A stretch of DNA of 64,000 bases from Thermoplasmata archaeon (lineage in GTDB: Archaea > Thermoplasmatota > Thermoplasmata > Lutacidiplasmatales > UBA184). Below the pieces are notes generated by a model, which did no database searches, was not told where the DNA came from, and saw nothing but the letters and a program-made list of their open reading frames with translations. The position numbers were made by a program, and so were the translations under genes. Below, in pieces: positions 1 to 10,082 of this stretch; positions within the stretch are counted from its first letter, which is position 1, and each line of letters begins with the position of its first letter. The stretch spans positions 28,829 through 92,828 of the forward strand of contig JBJKRJ010000048.1 in NCBI GenBank assembly GCA_046704665.1, written 5' to 3'.

Positions 1-2
1 TG

Positions 3-884
3 GGGGTCAAGCCCCGGCTCCAGGTCGCCGGTCCTCGCGATCACCCGAAGTCGGCGCCCGCCTCTCCGGGGATCCCCACCGAGGTCAGCGAGCGGACCCT
101 GATCGCGCCGTTCAATGACCTCGAAGCGACGCGGAAGATCGCGCGCGAGCACGGAGACGACCTCGCCGCGATCATCGCCGAACCGATCCCGATGAACATG
201 GGATTCATCCTCCCCGAGGAGGGATTCTTCCCGGGGCTCCGGGAGCTCGCGGACGAGCTCGGCGCCCTCCTCATCTTCGACGAGATCAAGACCGGTGCGA
301 AGTACCCCCGGGGAGGAGCCGGTCGCGTCGGGGTCCGTCCGGACCTCCTCACCCTGGGGAAGTCGATCGCCTGCGGGGTACCGATGGCAGCGATCGCCGC
401 GGGCCCCGGGGTCCTGGACGAGGTGGGACCGCGCAAGGTGGCCCATGCGGGGACCTATAACTCGAACCCTCTCGCGATGGTCGCCTGCCTTGCGTCGCTC
501 GACCACATCCTGACGGAGGAGGGGCTCGATCGGTCGGCGCGGCTCAACGCCCGGCTCGCGAAGGGCTACGCCGAGATCTTCGACGACGCGGGTGTGACCG
601 CGCACGTCGCGGCGGACGGGCCCTCGGGGACGGTCTTCTTCTCGGACCACCCGGTCCGGAACTGGAGGGAGTTCCTGACGGTCGACGGCGACCGCTCGAT
701 GCTCTACTACTATCTCTGCCTGAACCGGGGGCTCATCCCGTCCGGGACCGGACCCGACGAGCAGTGGACGATCTCGGTCCAGCACACCGACGCCGACGTC
801 GATCGCCATCTCGAGATCCTGGGGGCGGTCGCAGAACGTCTGGCCGGCACCCCCCAGGCCGGCGAGATCGAGGAGTCGGTCTAA
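3..884 (+). CDS. Class III PLP aminotransferase, glutamate-1-semialdehyde aminomutase-like paralog (5' truncated by window edge)
   Basis: Frame open from window start (GVKPRLQ...APFNDLEA); motifs LIFDEIKTG, TLGKSIACG (PLP Lys), HAGTYNSNP. Confidence 0.85.
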   Translation, partial: GVKPRLQVAGPRDHPKSAPASPGIPTEVSERTLIAPFNDLEATRKIAREHGDDLAAIIAEPIPMNMGFILPEEGFFPGLRELADELGALLIFDEIKTGAKYPRGGAGRVGVRPDLLTLGKSIACGVPMAAIAAGPGVLDEVGPRKVAHAGTYNSNPLAMVACLASLDHILTEEGLDRSARLNARLAKGYAEIFDDAGVTAHVAADGPSGTVFFSDHPVRNWREFLTVDGDRSMLYYYLCLNRGLIPSGTGPDEQWTISVQHTDADVDRHLEILGAVAERLAGTPQAGEIEESV

Positions 885-939
885 CGCGACCACGCGACCT
901 CGTCCCCCTACAGGGCCGTTCCCCGTGGGACGGGGTGAC

Positions 940-2343
940 CTATGGAGGACGCGCGCTCGGGCCCGTCGCGGACGCCCGCGCGATCGCGAGGATCTCGCGC
1001 GCCGCCCTCTCCCCCGTCTCGATCGCGCCGTGGATCGTCGCGGAGGCACCCTCAGCGTGGGTCGCCTCCCCGGCAAAGAACAATCGCGCGTCGATCGGGG
1101 CGGCCAGGGCCCGTCGCGTGTCGAGACCGACCCCGGGCGGAAAGAACGAGTACGCGCCCTGGACCCAGGGGTCGACCGGCCACCGGTGGACGACCTGGTC
1201 GACGACGTCTCCGAGAGTGACACCGGCCGGCATGATGGACTCCCACTCGGCGCGAGTCGCCTCGACGAGGTCTCGTGGGTCGAGTCGGCTCCGTCGTCGT
1301 GCCTCCTGACCGGTCGTGAACGCCGATACGACGGCATCCCCGTTCGCGAGCGGGGCGGCGAGTCGCTTGAACGAGGTTGACGTGTCACCCCAGAGATTCC
1401 CGAACTCCCCGAGACGACGGACCGCCGAGCCTCCCCGGACCCGCAGGTGAAGGACGAACGCGTTCCCGAAGCCGAGCCGTTCGATCGCCGTGCGTTTCGC
1501 CGCCGGCAACGGCGGATCGAAGTCGATCGCGCCCGCTTTCAGGACACCGAGGGGGACCGTCACGATGCCGTAGCGGGAGCGGAACTCTTCCTCGGCGGGA
1601 CCGTTCTCGCCACGGGGTCGTGCGAGGATCCGGACCCCGTCCGCCTCTCTCACCACACGCACGACCGGGGTGCCCGTCCGCACCCGGTCCCCGAGCTCGG
1701 AGGCGACCGAACGGACGAGGGCGCCGTACCCTTCGTCCAGTTGGAAGTTCCGAAAGCCGAACGGTTCGGTCGCCAGTCGCTCCTCTTCGGCCGGACCGAG
1801 GACCCCGATCTCGTCCGGGTCGGCCGAATAGGTGTGCGCGTGGAACAGGTGGACGAGAGAGCGGCTCGCGTCGGTCGTTGGCCGTTCGGACAGGAAGGCG
1901 CGGAGCGACCGATCCGGCCCGGGATCCTTGGCCATCGCCTCGGGGATCGTCCGTAGCCCGGCCCAGGTGGCGCGCAAGCCGATCACGGGATGGAACGGGA
2001 ACGCGAACCAGGGGTACCGGCCGACCCGTCGGTGGATGAGGAGCCGGCTCCGCTGGTTGAGCGGGAGGGGCGAGACCCCGAGACCGGCTCGACGCGCCCA
2101 GTCGTGGGTGACGACATGGCGACCATGGATCATCATCGATCCGAGCTCGAGCGGACGGCCATCGGCGAGCCGGTAGTCGCTGAACGCGCGCCCCCCGAGC
2201 CGGTCCGCGGCCTCGAGCACGAGGACCCGGAGGCCCGCCGCGACCAGCCGCCGCGCGGCGGCAAGGCCCGCGAACCCTGCCCCCACCACGATCACGTCGA
2301 GGGGTCCGCGGGGTCCGGGAGCCGGAACCGACGCCAACTGCAT
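940..2343 (-). CDS. Flavin-containing amine oxidase family oxidoreductase
   Basis: VIVVGAGFAGLAAA, LEAADRLGGR, WPVDPWVQGAYS, FFAGEAT...TIHGAIETG. Confidence 0.85.
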   Translation of the reverse strand: MQLASVPAPGPRGPLDVIVVGAGFAGLAAARRLVAAGLRVLVLEAADRLGGRAFSDYRLADGRPLELGSMMIHGRHVVTHDWARRAGLGVSPLPLNQRSRLLIHRRVGRYPWFAFPFHPVIGLRATWAGLRTIPEAMAKDPGPDRSLRAFLSERPTTDASRSLVHLFHAHTYSADPDEIGVLGPAEEERLATEPFGFRNFQLDEGYGALVRSVASELGDRVRTGTPVVRVVREADGVRILARPRGENGPAEEEFRSRYGIVTVPLGVLKAGAIDFDPPLPAAKRTAIERLGFGNAFVLHLRVRGGSAVRRLGEFGNLWGDTSTSFKRLAAPLANGDAVVSAFTTGQEARRRSRLDPRDLVEATRAEWESIMPAGVTLGDVVDQVVHRWPVDPWVQGAYSFFPPGVGLDTRRALAAPIDARLFFAGEATHAEGASATIHGAIETGERAAREILAIARASATGPSARPP

Positions 2344-2622
2344 TCCCTTCCCTGCGTCCGGTCCCCCCGACCCCGGCCCGACGGCCCCGGGGGCGGCGCC
2401 GGGCGTCGACCCCTCTCTCGCGCGATCCTCGGTCCGAGATGGGCCGAACGGTCCCGTTCCCGGGGCCCCCGGCGGGGCTCACTCCAGCGGACGAGCCGTC
2501 CTGGGCCGGCAGCGAGGGGGATCGGACCTTCCCCATGGAATCTTCGTAACGGTTAAAAGGGACGGGGACGGCGTGCGGGTTCGGGGGATGTTCCCCCCGC
2601 TTCCGCCCACGAGGGGGGGTCG

Positions 2623-3870
2623 ATGCCCCCTACCGGCCGTTCCCTGGCGCAATCCCTAAGAGGACCTCCCCTCTCGTTTCGGACGGAGCCGGATAGCATT
2701 CCTCGCGCGCACAAGGAAGTGCTTCTGATCGGGTGCGGTGCGATCGGCACCGTCGCGGCCCTACACCTCGTGAACCACCCCGTCGTGAACCGTCTGACGG
2801 TCACCGACGTCGACGCGCGGTCGGCCCGCGGAGTGGCGGAGCGTCTCGGGCCGAACCCCAAGGTCCGGACCCAGGCGCTCGACGCGACCGACGCGAAGGC
2901 GCTCGAACGGGCCATGAAGACGGTCTCCGTGGTCATTCAGGCCTCGGTCCCCGGCAACAATGCCCGTGTGCAGGCGGCCTGCCTCGCGACCGACACCGAT
3001 TACATCGACCTCGCCGCGGACTCGAGCGACCCGTACGTCGCGTCGAGCGAGTGGGAGCAGCAGGGCCGGATCGCGATCATCGGCATGGGAGAGGACCCCG
3101 GGCTCTCGAACCTCATGGCCCGCCACTCCGCCGACCGTCTCGATCGCGTCGACTCGATCCGGGTCCGGGACGGGGACAGCGCCTCGAGCCCCGACAGCGT
3201 CTTCCTGCCGCTCTTCAGCCCCGAGACGTTCATCGAAGAGACGCTCAACAGCTCCCGCATCTGGGAGAACGGGAAGTATCGCGAGGTCCCTCCGTTCGGG
3301 GAGGCCGAGGTCTACGACTTTCCGGCGCCGGTCGGACCCCAGAAGGTCTACTCGGTCGACCACGAGGAGGTTGACAGCTTTCCCCGGTACATCGGCAAGA
3401 GCGTCCGGTACGTCGATTTCAAGCTCGCGATCGACGACACCAGCGTGCGGGTCCTCGAGATGCTGCGGGACCTGCGGCTCCTGGAGCGCGGATCGCCCGA
3501 AGCCCCCGGGCCCCGGGAAGCGATCCTGCGCGCTCTCCCCAAGCCGGGCGACTTCGCCGGACGGATCCGGGGCGCTTCGATCCTGGCGGTCGAGACATCG
3601 GGAGAGAAGGACGGCCGGACGCGGCGCGAGACCCTGTACACGACCTTCGGCCACCGCCGGGCGAACGAGATCCACCGGGTGACCGCCACCTCCTACCTTT
3701 CCGGGACCCCGCCTGCCATCGCGGCGATCCAGATCCTGGAGGGGACCATCCGGACGCCGGGCATGCACCCCCCGGAGTCCCTCGACCCGGCCCCGTTCTT
3801 CCGCATGCTACGGCAGCGGGAGATCACGGTCCGGTCCCGAGTGACCGTCGAGCAAGAGGTAGGTCGCTGA
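2623..3870 (+). CDS. Saccharopine dehydrogenase family protein (carboxynorspermidine synthase/lysine dehydrogenase-like)
   Basis: Rossmann LLIGCGAIG, YIDLA, GMGEDPGLSNL, HEEV, PGMHPPE; exact start uncertain. Confidence 0.8.
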   Translation: MPPTGRSLAQSLRGPPLSFRTEPDSIPRAHKEVLLIGCGAIGTVAALHLVNHPVVNRLTVTDVDARSARGVAERLGPNPKVRTQALDATDAKALERAMKTVSVVIQASVPGNNARVQAACLATDTDYIDLAADSSDPYVASSEWEQQGRIAIIGMGEDPGLSNLMARHSADRLDRVDSIRVRDGDSASSPDSVFLPLFSPETFIEETLNSSRIWENGKYREVPPFGEAEVYDFPAPVGPQKVYSVDHEEVDSFPRYIGKSVRYVDFKLAIDDTSVRVLEMLRDLRLLERGSPEAPGPREAILRALPKPGDFAGRIRGASILAVETSGEKDGRTRRETLYTTFGHRRANEIHRVTATSYLSGTPPAIAAIQILEGTIRTPGMHPPESLDPAPFFRMLRQREITVRSRVTVEQEVGR

Positions 3871-4045
3871 CATCGGGGAGAAACGCCCTCCCCGGCCGGA
3901 GGGCCCCCCGGTCGCCACTCCCGTCCAGACTTCTAAGGGTCAAAGGGCCGGAGAACAGGCCCTCGCCCGGTCCGCTCGCCGAATAGGTTGGCCGGGGGTC
4001 GTTCGCGCGGAATCGCGGACCCTCCGGCGCGGGCTCCGACCGGGC

Positions 4046-4288
4046 TCATCCAGCGGTCGGGTCACGGGGCGCCTCGCGTGCCCTCTCCCCGGAGCGACCC
4101 CACCCCCGCCGGAACCACTTCCACCCCGAGCGGTTCCCTACCTTCGATCGGTGGGACGCACGGGTCTGGGCAGCGACCCAGGCCGGGTCCTCGCGCGGGA
4201 ACTCGCAGGCGGCGAACTCCCTAACGCCGGGTCCCCCGAGGAGAGAGTCCGCGGCGCGGCGTGCACGTAGAATCGGATCGGCCGACAT
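4046..4288 (-). CDS. Putative small hypothetical protein (80 aa)
   Basis: SD-like GAGGAGGGAG just before the ATG and TATA box CTTATATAG (4344-4336) upstream; fills an otherwise empty 700-bp gap. Confidence 0.5.
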   Translation of the reverse strand: MSADPILRARRAADSLLGGPGVREFAACEFPREDPAWVAAQTRASHRSKVGNRSGWKWFRRGWGRSGERAREAPRDPTAG

Positions 4289-4576
4289 ACTCTCCCTCCT
4301 CGGTCATGATGACCTACCGATTCGACCCTCGGGGGCTATATAAGCGAGGCGTCCCGCGGGAAGCTGGATATAGTCGAAATCTCCAGTGGAAATGGGGGGG
4401 TCTGGCCCCGAAATGCCACCCCCTGTCACGCTCTAGCATGGCCGCGTGGGTCCCCGGGGGGGTCCGATCGCTCCGGGGGCCGCTCGACCCCCGGGGCCGG
4501 GGGTCCGGGTCCGGAAGTGGGTGGGCCGGGTTGTCACCGCTATCTGCTCGTACCGCTCTCGCGTGCTGCGATTCGA

Positions 4577-5071
4577 ATGTCCACGGAACCGTCCCTTTCC
4601 CCACTGCCTCCGCCCCACACACGGCTCGGCGTAGGGGGGGTCCTCGTGCGGGACGGACGGGTGCTGGTCAACCGGGCGGTCTATCGGAACCGCTTCACGA
4701 TCCCGAGCGGATACGTCGAGCCCGGGGAGACCCTGGAACGGGCCGTGGTCCGGGAGTTCGAGGAAGAGACGGGCGTGACGACGGAGGTCGGACGGCTGAT
4801 CATGACCCGTCACAAGGTCCTCCGGGCCGATGCGAGCGACGTCTACTTCGCGTTCGCCGTCACGCACGTCGCCGGGGAGCCGACCGCGCGACCCCCCGAG
4901 ATCGCCGAGATCCGGGAGGTCCCGCTCGCGGAGGTGGCGGACGCCACGTGGATCTCCGAGCTCTCCCGACTCACGATCGCCCTCGCGACCCAGAGCGATC
5001 GCGGCTGGTCTCGGTCCCTTTGGAACGGAGGCGAGGTCCCCGGCCTCGCGACCGAGGCGTACGCGCCGTAG
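4577..5071 (+). CDS. NUDIX hydrolase
   Basis: Nudix box GYVEPGETLERAVVREFEEETG. Confidence 0.9.
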   Translation: MSTEPSLSPLPPPHTRLGVGGVLVRDGRVLVNRAVYRNRFTIPSGYVEPGETLERAVVREFEEETGVTTEVGRLIMTRHKVLRADASDVYFAFAVTHVAGEPTARPPEIAEIREVPLAEVADATWISELSRLTIALATQSDRGWSRSLWNGGEVPGLATEAYAP

Positions 5072-5086
5072 GGTCCGACCGACGGT

Positions 5087-6454
5087 TCAGGTCGCGGCTG
5101 GGTAGAGCTTTCCCGGATTGAGGATCCCGTCCGGGTCGAAGAGGGCTTTCATCGCCCGCAGCAGGCGTACCCCCTCGGCCCCGTGCTCGAGGGCAAGGTA
5201 CGGCGCCTTCAGGGCGCCGATCCCGTGCTCGGAGCTTACGGTTCCCCCCAGGCGCCGAGCCGCGAGGTAGAGGTCCCGTCGGACCGACCGCGCGGTCTCG
5301 GAGGTCGGGTCGACGAGGTACTGGGGATGCAGCGAACCGTCCCCGAGGTGGCCGTAGAGGTACACGTCCGCCGCGTAGCGTCGCCCGATCGTCTCCACCT
5401 CGCGGAGAAGCTCGTCGAGGCGGGAACAGGGGACCGCGATGTCCTCCCGGACCCGGGGGCCGAAGCGCCGGTCGAGGACCTCGCCGCTCTGGCCCCGCAG
5501 GGTCCACAGCTCATCCGCGTCAGGGTAGACCCGGACATCCTCTCCGAGGCCCGCGACGCGCACGCGATCGAAGAGCCGCTCGAGGGCCCGCTCTTCTCCC
5601 TCCGCGTCGCTCTCCAGCTCGAGGAGCAGGAGCGGCGTTCCGGACGGTAGGCGCGATCCCGCTTCCGAGGCCAGCGCTTCCGCGGTGGTCCGATCGATGT
5701 ACTCCACGGCCGAAAGGGCGGGTGCCGGAGATTCGAGGAGGCGGAGGAGCGCCGTCCCGAGCTCCCGGTCGCGGGCGATCGGGACGACGAGCCCGACGCG
5801 GCGCTCGGGCACGGGGGCGAGCCCAAGGGTGAGGTCCGTGAAGAACCCCAGCGTCCCCTCGCTGCCGACGAGGAATCCGAGGAGGTCGGGCCCGGTCGAG
5901 CTCTTGCGGGCGCGATGTCCCAGGCGAAGGACCTCGCCCGACCCGAGGACGACCTCGAGCCCTCGCACCCAGGCCCGCGTCGGCCCATAGCGGAACGACC
6001 GGGGTCCCGAGGCGTTCGTGGCGACGTTCCCGCCGAGCGTCGAGGTGGTCCACGACCCCGGGTTCGGGGGGAAGAACAGCCGGTGCCGGGCGAGCTCGCG
6101 GTTCAGTTCCCGGTTGATGATCCCGGGCCCCACGCGGACGAGCCGGTCCGTCGTGTCGAGCTCCTCGACGGCGTTCCAGGCCTGGAAGTCGAGGACGAGG
6201 GCCCCCGGGGGCGGGACGGACTCCCCTTCCATCGAGGTCCCGCCTCCCCGGCCGACCAGAGGGACCTTCCAGCGCCGGGCCCAACGCACCACGCGCTCGA
6301 CGTCCTCCCGGTCCCGGGGAGCGAGCGCGGCGCCGGGTTCGCCCGAGAGGGGCGAGGCGTCCCGGGCGAACCGCTCGAGCGCGGAGGGGTCGACGGTGAG
6401 CGCGCCGTGCACCTCGATCTCTAGCGCCCGGAGCGCCTCGGGACGGATCGGCAT
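5087..6454 (-). CDS. FAD-linked oxidase, GlcD/D-lactate dehydrogenase family
   Basis: RGGGTS, TLGGNVATNASG, GSEGTLG, GHLGDGSLH, SSEHGIG, DPDGILNPGK. Confidence 0.9.
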   Translation of the reverse strand: MPIRPEALRALEIEVHGALTVDPSALERFARDASPLSGEPGAALAPRDREDVERVVRWARRWKVPLVGRGGGTSMEGESVPPPGALVLDFQAWNAVEELDTTDRLVRVGPGIINRELNRELARHRLFFPPNPGSWTTSTLGGNVATNASGPRSFRYGPTRAWVRGLEVVLGSGEVLRLGHRARKSSTGPDLLGFLVGSEGTLGFFTDLTLGLAPVPERRVGLVVPIARDRELGTALLRLLESPAPALSAVEYIDRTTAEALASEAGSRLPSGTPLLLLELESDAEGEERALERLFDRVRVAGLGEDVRVYPDADELWTLRGQSGEVLDRRFGPRVREDIAVPCSRLDELLREVETIGRRYAADVYLYGHLGDGSLHPQYLVDPTSETARSVRRDLYLAARRLGGTVSSEHGIGALKAPYLALEHGAEGVRLLRAMKALFDPDGILNPGKLYPAAT

Positions 6455-6581
6455 CGGGCCCGGGCAGAAAGCGCGCAGAGAAGAAGGGAGAGGGGCGTCT
6501 CACCGTTAGGGCCGGCCCCGCGCGAGCCGCGGGCCGAGTTCGGTCGACGCCCGGTCGTTCCGATCTCCGTCCGTGGTTCCC

Positions 6582-7943
6582 CTACCTCGTCTCGCCCTCA
6601 CCGTTCGGGGGAGGCCGACCCTCGTGGACCTCGGCGAACGTTTCTGTGTCGCTCGAGAGGAACTGGGTCGAAAGAGCATGGGAAGCCCCGGTGTCGGCCG
6701 CCGGTGCCGGGGTCTCCGCCGCGGCCCGGAGCCGCTCACCGTGCCACCCGAAGAAACGGGAATAGAGGTAGGCGTTGACCGCGAGGGCGAACGCGTAGCC
6801 GAGGAACGGGACCGGGACCGCGACGTCCTCGAGTGCGAATCCTCCGAGCGCCGTCGCGCCGCCCGCCGCCCCGACGCGGGCCGCCTGGTTCGTTCCCGCC
6901 CCCTCCGAACGGTCCGAGTGAGGCAGGAGCCGCATCAGCGCCGACTGCTGGGCGGGTATCGCCGCCACGCGGAACGCCGGGAGGGCGACGTACATCGCGA
7001 GCGCCGGTACGAGCGGGACGAACGGCATCAGGGCCGCGAGCCCGGCTGCCACGCCCCGGGTCCCGACGATCGACATCACCCAACCCCACCGCGCCTCGAG
7101 ATAGGGGGCGGCCAGCACCGAGAACGTCCCGAGTAGGCTGCTCGCGGTCGTGTAGATGGCCATGTGGGACCGTGCGATGTCGAAAAAGAGGACGAAGAAC
7201 GGGATCAGGAACGGCGTCAGGAGACCCTGGGAGAAGCCGTTCAGAACGCCGGTCGCCGCGAACCGCCGGATGACGCCGCGGCTGCGCGTCGAGGGGCGTC
7301 GCCCACGGGCGACCGAGCGTACCGGTACCGCGATCGCCACGAAGAACGAGGCCGCGCTCAGGACGAACGCCATCACGAACAGTTGGGCGAGGCTGCCGAA
7401 TCCCGCACTGAACGCCCCGAGCGCGGCCGAGACCCCGACCGTGAACGTGAACAGGCTGAACCATCGGGTCCGGGCCGACGCGACGGTGAAGTCGCTCAGG
7501 ATCGCCGTCTGCAGCGGCATCTCGATCCCGCCGACCCCTCCGCTCGCGAGCGAGCCGGTCGCGCTGAACCCTCCGAGCAGGCTCGCGATGGCCGCGAGCG
7601 GAAGGCTGGGGGGGAGGAGGAGAACGAGGCAGGCGATCGGCAGCAGCGCGAGGCTCGCGAGGTACGCGGTGCGCATCGCCGACCGGCTCCCGAACCGGCC
7701 GAAGCTGTAGGCGAGGAGGGCTGTGGAGAGCGCTCCCCCGGCGTAGATCGCCCCGAGCAGGAACGCCCCGGTGTGAAGGTCCTTGAGCACGAGGTACGGG
7801 AACCCGATCGTCAGGATGCCGGCGGCGACCCCCCGGAGGATCCGGGTCGCGAGCAGGAGCCACGCACCCCGACGGGCCGCGGCCGGCGTGATCCAGGACG
7901 GCCGGTCGGATCCCACCGGGCTCCCGCCACCCGCAGAGGACAC
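6582..7943 (-). CDS. MFS transporter
   Basis: About 12 hydrophobic helices in two halves; GRFGSR loop motif. Confidence 0.8.
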   Translation of the reverse strand: MSSAGGGSPVGSDRPSWITPAAARRGAWLLLATRILRGVAAGILTIGFPYLVLKDLHTGAFLLGAIYAGGALSTALLAYSFGRFGSRSAMRTAYLASLALLPIACLVLLLPPSLPLAAIASLLGGFSATGSLASGGVGGIEMPLQTAILSDFTVASARTRWFSLFTFTVGVSAALGAFSAGFGSLAQLFVMAFVLSAASFFVAIAVPVRSVARGRRPSTRSRGVIRRFAATGVLNGFSQGLLTPFLIPFFVLFFDIARSHMAIYTTASSLLGTFSVLAAPYLEARWGWVMSIVGTRGVAAGLAALMPFVPLVPALAMYVALPAFRVAAIPAQQSALMRLLPHSDRSEGAGTNQAARVGAAGGATALGGFALEDVAVPVPFLGYAFALAVNAYLYSRFFGWHGERLRAAAETPAPAADTGASHALSTQFLSSDTETFAEVHEGRPPPNGEGETR

Positions 7944-8046
7944 GGCGGAGGGAGAAGGGTGGGTCTCCTAAGGGCTCGGGGTCGAGACGGCGTACGCTCG
8001 ACCGTACGTCCCGTAGACCACGACCCCGGCCGGTCCGACGCCGATC

Positions 8047-10014
8047 TCACCGAGCCCGGCGGCTCGCGCGTCTTCCCCGGCTCCGCAACCCGACTCCCTC
8101 CGCAATCGCGGTCCACCGGGGGTCCGCCCGGACCTTGCCGTACCACTGTTCCGAGTTGAAGTCGAAGACGTTGTGGGCGCGCTGACGGACCGCCTCGGCG
8201 AGGTGGTCGAACGCTTTCGCGGGTCGGCCGAGACCGAACTCGACCTTCGCCCAGCAGGCTTTCGAAAGGTACCCGCGCTTCGACCGTTCGTGGAGCAGGT
8301 CGAGGATCGCGATCGCCTCGTCGGTCCGGCCCTCGGAGCCGAGCACGAAACCGAGCTCGGCGAGGAACTCCGGTTCGTTCTCCGACAGCGCGACGCCCTT
8401 CCGGAGCTCCCGGAGCGCCGGATCCACGTGCGACTGGAGATACAGCGCGAACCCCAGATAGAGGTGGGCGGCGGCATAGTCGGGGTTCGCTTCGATGAGC
8501 CGGCGCAACTGTCGCTCGCCCTCCTCCAGCCTTCCGAGGGCGATCAGCGCCACGCCCATGTCGAGGTTGATGACCCGGGAGAGCGGGTCGAGTTCGTGGG
8601 CCGTCTGGATGTGCGAATAGGCCTCCTCCCGCCGCTCGGGGAACTGGATCAGGAAATGCACGCCGAACCACTGATGCACCGTCGCGTAGCTCGGCCCGAG
8701 CTCGATCGCGCGAAGGAACTCCTTCTCCGCCTCCGACCACTTCCAGCTGTAGTTGGTATACACGAGCGCCAGCGTGGCATGCGCTTCCGCGATCCGAGGA
8801 CGGAGCTCGATCGCTCGGCGGGCGAACCGTATCGCGAGCGGGAACGTTGCGTCCGGCTGTTCCCATCCGTAATCGCCGGCGATGACGTGGCAGTCCGCGA
8901 GTCCCGCGTAGGCGAGCGCGAACCCGGGGTCGAGCGCGGTCGCCTTTTCGAGGTAGGCTATCGCCCGGTCGTTGCCCGCCCGGGTCCGCTCGTTCCAGGC
9001 GTGTCGGCCCTTGAGGTACATGGCGTACGCTTCGACGTTGTCCGTGGCCGTCCGCTCGAGGTCGTCCCGTTCGATGGCGAGGAGACGCACCCGGAGCGCT
9101 TCCGCGACGCTGCGCGCGATCTCGGTCTGGATCGCGAACACGCTGTCCAATCGCTTGTCGAAGTCGCGGGACCAGAGGTACTCGTCGGTCCGGGCGTCGA
9201 CCAGCTGCGCGGTCACCCGGAGCGTGTCCGCCGCGATACGGACACTGCCTTCGAGCACGGCCCCCGCCCGCAGGTCCGCCGCGATCTCCGGGACGCTCTT
9301 CGTCGTGTCCTTGTAGCGCATCACCGAGGAGCGGGAGATCACCCGCAGCCCTCCGATCCGGGAGAGTGTCGAGATGAGCTCCTCGGTCATGCCGTCGGCG
9401 AGGTACTCATCCCCGGGGTTGGGGCTGATGTTGCGGAAGGGCAGCACGGCGATCCGGGTCCGGTCCCGGTCGACGGGGGGCGGCGTCCCCTTCTCCCAGG
9501 GAACCTCGACCCGGAACACCTCGATGGGAATACCGACGTTCTTCAGCTCCCGCTTGCCGAGGGTCGAGATCGGAAGTCGGAGCTTGTTGCGGACCTGTGT
9601 GTAGACCTGTTCGGAGACGCAGATCCCCTCGGGCTCGGCGAGCGGTTCGATGCGCGACGCGATGTTGACCGCATCGCCGAAGACGTCGCTCTTGTCGTGG
9701 AGGACGTCGCCCAGGTGGATGCCGATGCGCAGCCGGATCCTCCACTCCTCCGGGGACGAGAGGTTGTAGTCGTGGAGGAACTGCTGGACCTCGATCGCGC
9801 ACTCGGTCGCTTCGAGGGCGCTCTGGAACTCGACCAGGAACGAGTCGCCGATGGTCTTCACCTCCTTCCCCGCGTGCTTCGAGAAGATCGGCCTGAGGAG
9901 GCGGGCGTGGCGTTTGAGCACGGACATGGCCCGTGCCTCGTTCGCCTGGGTCAGCGCCGTGTAGCCGACCATGTCGGTGAACATGATGGCGGCGAGGCGG
10001 CGCGTCGGCGGCAC
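8047..10014 (-). CDS. Class III adenylate cyclase with TolB-N-like domain and TPR repeats
   Basis: RRLAAIMFTDMVGYT, KTIGD, DVFGDAVNIASRI (K/D/N/R catalytic set); IAVLPFRN domain; TPR repeats. GTG start at 10014 chosen because the longer ORF overlaps the tRNA. Confidence 0.88.
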   Translation of the reverse strand: MPPTRRLAAIMFTDMVGYTALTQANEARAMSVLKRHARLLRPIFSKHAGKEVKTIGDSFLVEFQSALEATECAIEVQQFLHDYNLSSPEEWRIRLRIGIHLGDVLHDKSDVFGDAVNIASRIEPLAEPEGICVSEQVYTQVRNKLRLPISTLGKRELKNVGIPIEVFRVEVPWEKGTPPPVDRDRTRIAVLPFRNISPNPGDEYLADGMTEELISTLSRIGGLRVISRSSVMRYKDTTKSVPEIAADLRAGAVLEGSVRIAADTLRVTAQLVDARTDEYLWSRDFDKRLDSVFAIQTEIARSVAEALRVRLLAIERDDLERTATDNVEAYAMYLKGRHAWNERTRAGNDRAIAYLEKATALDPGFALAYAGLADCHVIAGDYGWEQPDATFPLAIRFARRAIELRPRIAEAHATLALVYTNYSWKWSEAEKEFLRAIELGPSYATVHQWFGVHFLIQFPERREEAYSHIQTAHELDPLSRVINLDMGVALIALGRLEEGERQLRRLIEANPDYAAAHLYLGFALYLQSHVDPALRELRKGVALSENEPEFLAELGFVLGSEGRTDEAIAILDLLHERSKRGYLSKACWAKVEFGLGRPAKAFDHLAEAVRQRAHNVFDFNSEQWYGKVRADPRWTAIAEGVGLRSRGRRASRRAR

Positions 10015-10082
10015 GGTCCGGGGACTCAGGTTCTCTGAATTAAGCCCTCCGAATTCGCCCTCCGCGGCCGGAAAGAGGGGCA

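Noticed and set aside
940..2343. Flavoprotein as the missing HemY/CgoX
   Set aside because: C-terminal motifs are monoamine-oxidase type and the gene is about 50 kb from the hem operon; not strictly excluded.
3950..4270. Possible SRP or RNase P RNA in the GC-rich gap
   Set aside because: No SRP helix-8 motif found; GAGGAGAGAGTCC only loosely resembles the RNase P GAGGAAAGUCC and I found no matching 3' P4 strand. A small ORF with SD and TATA explains the region better.
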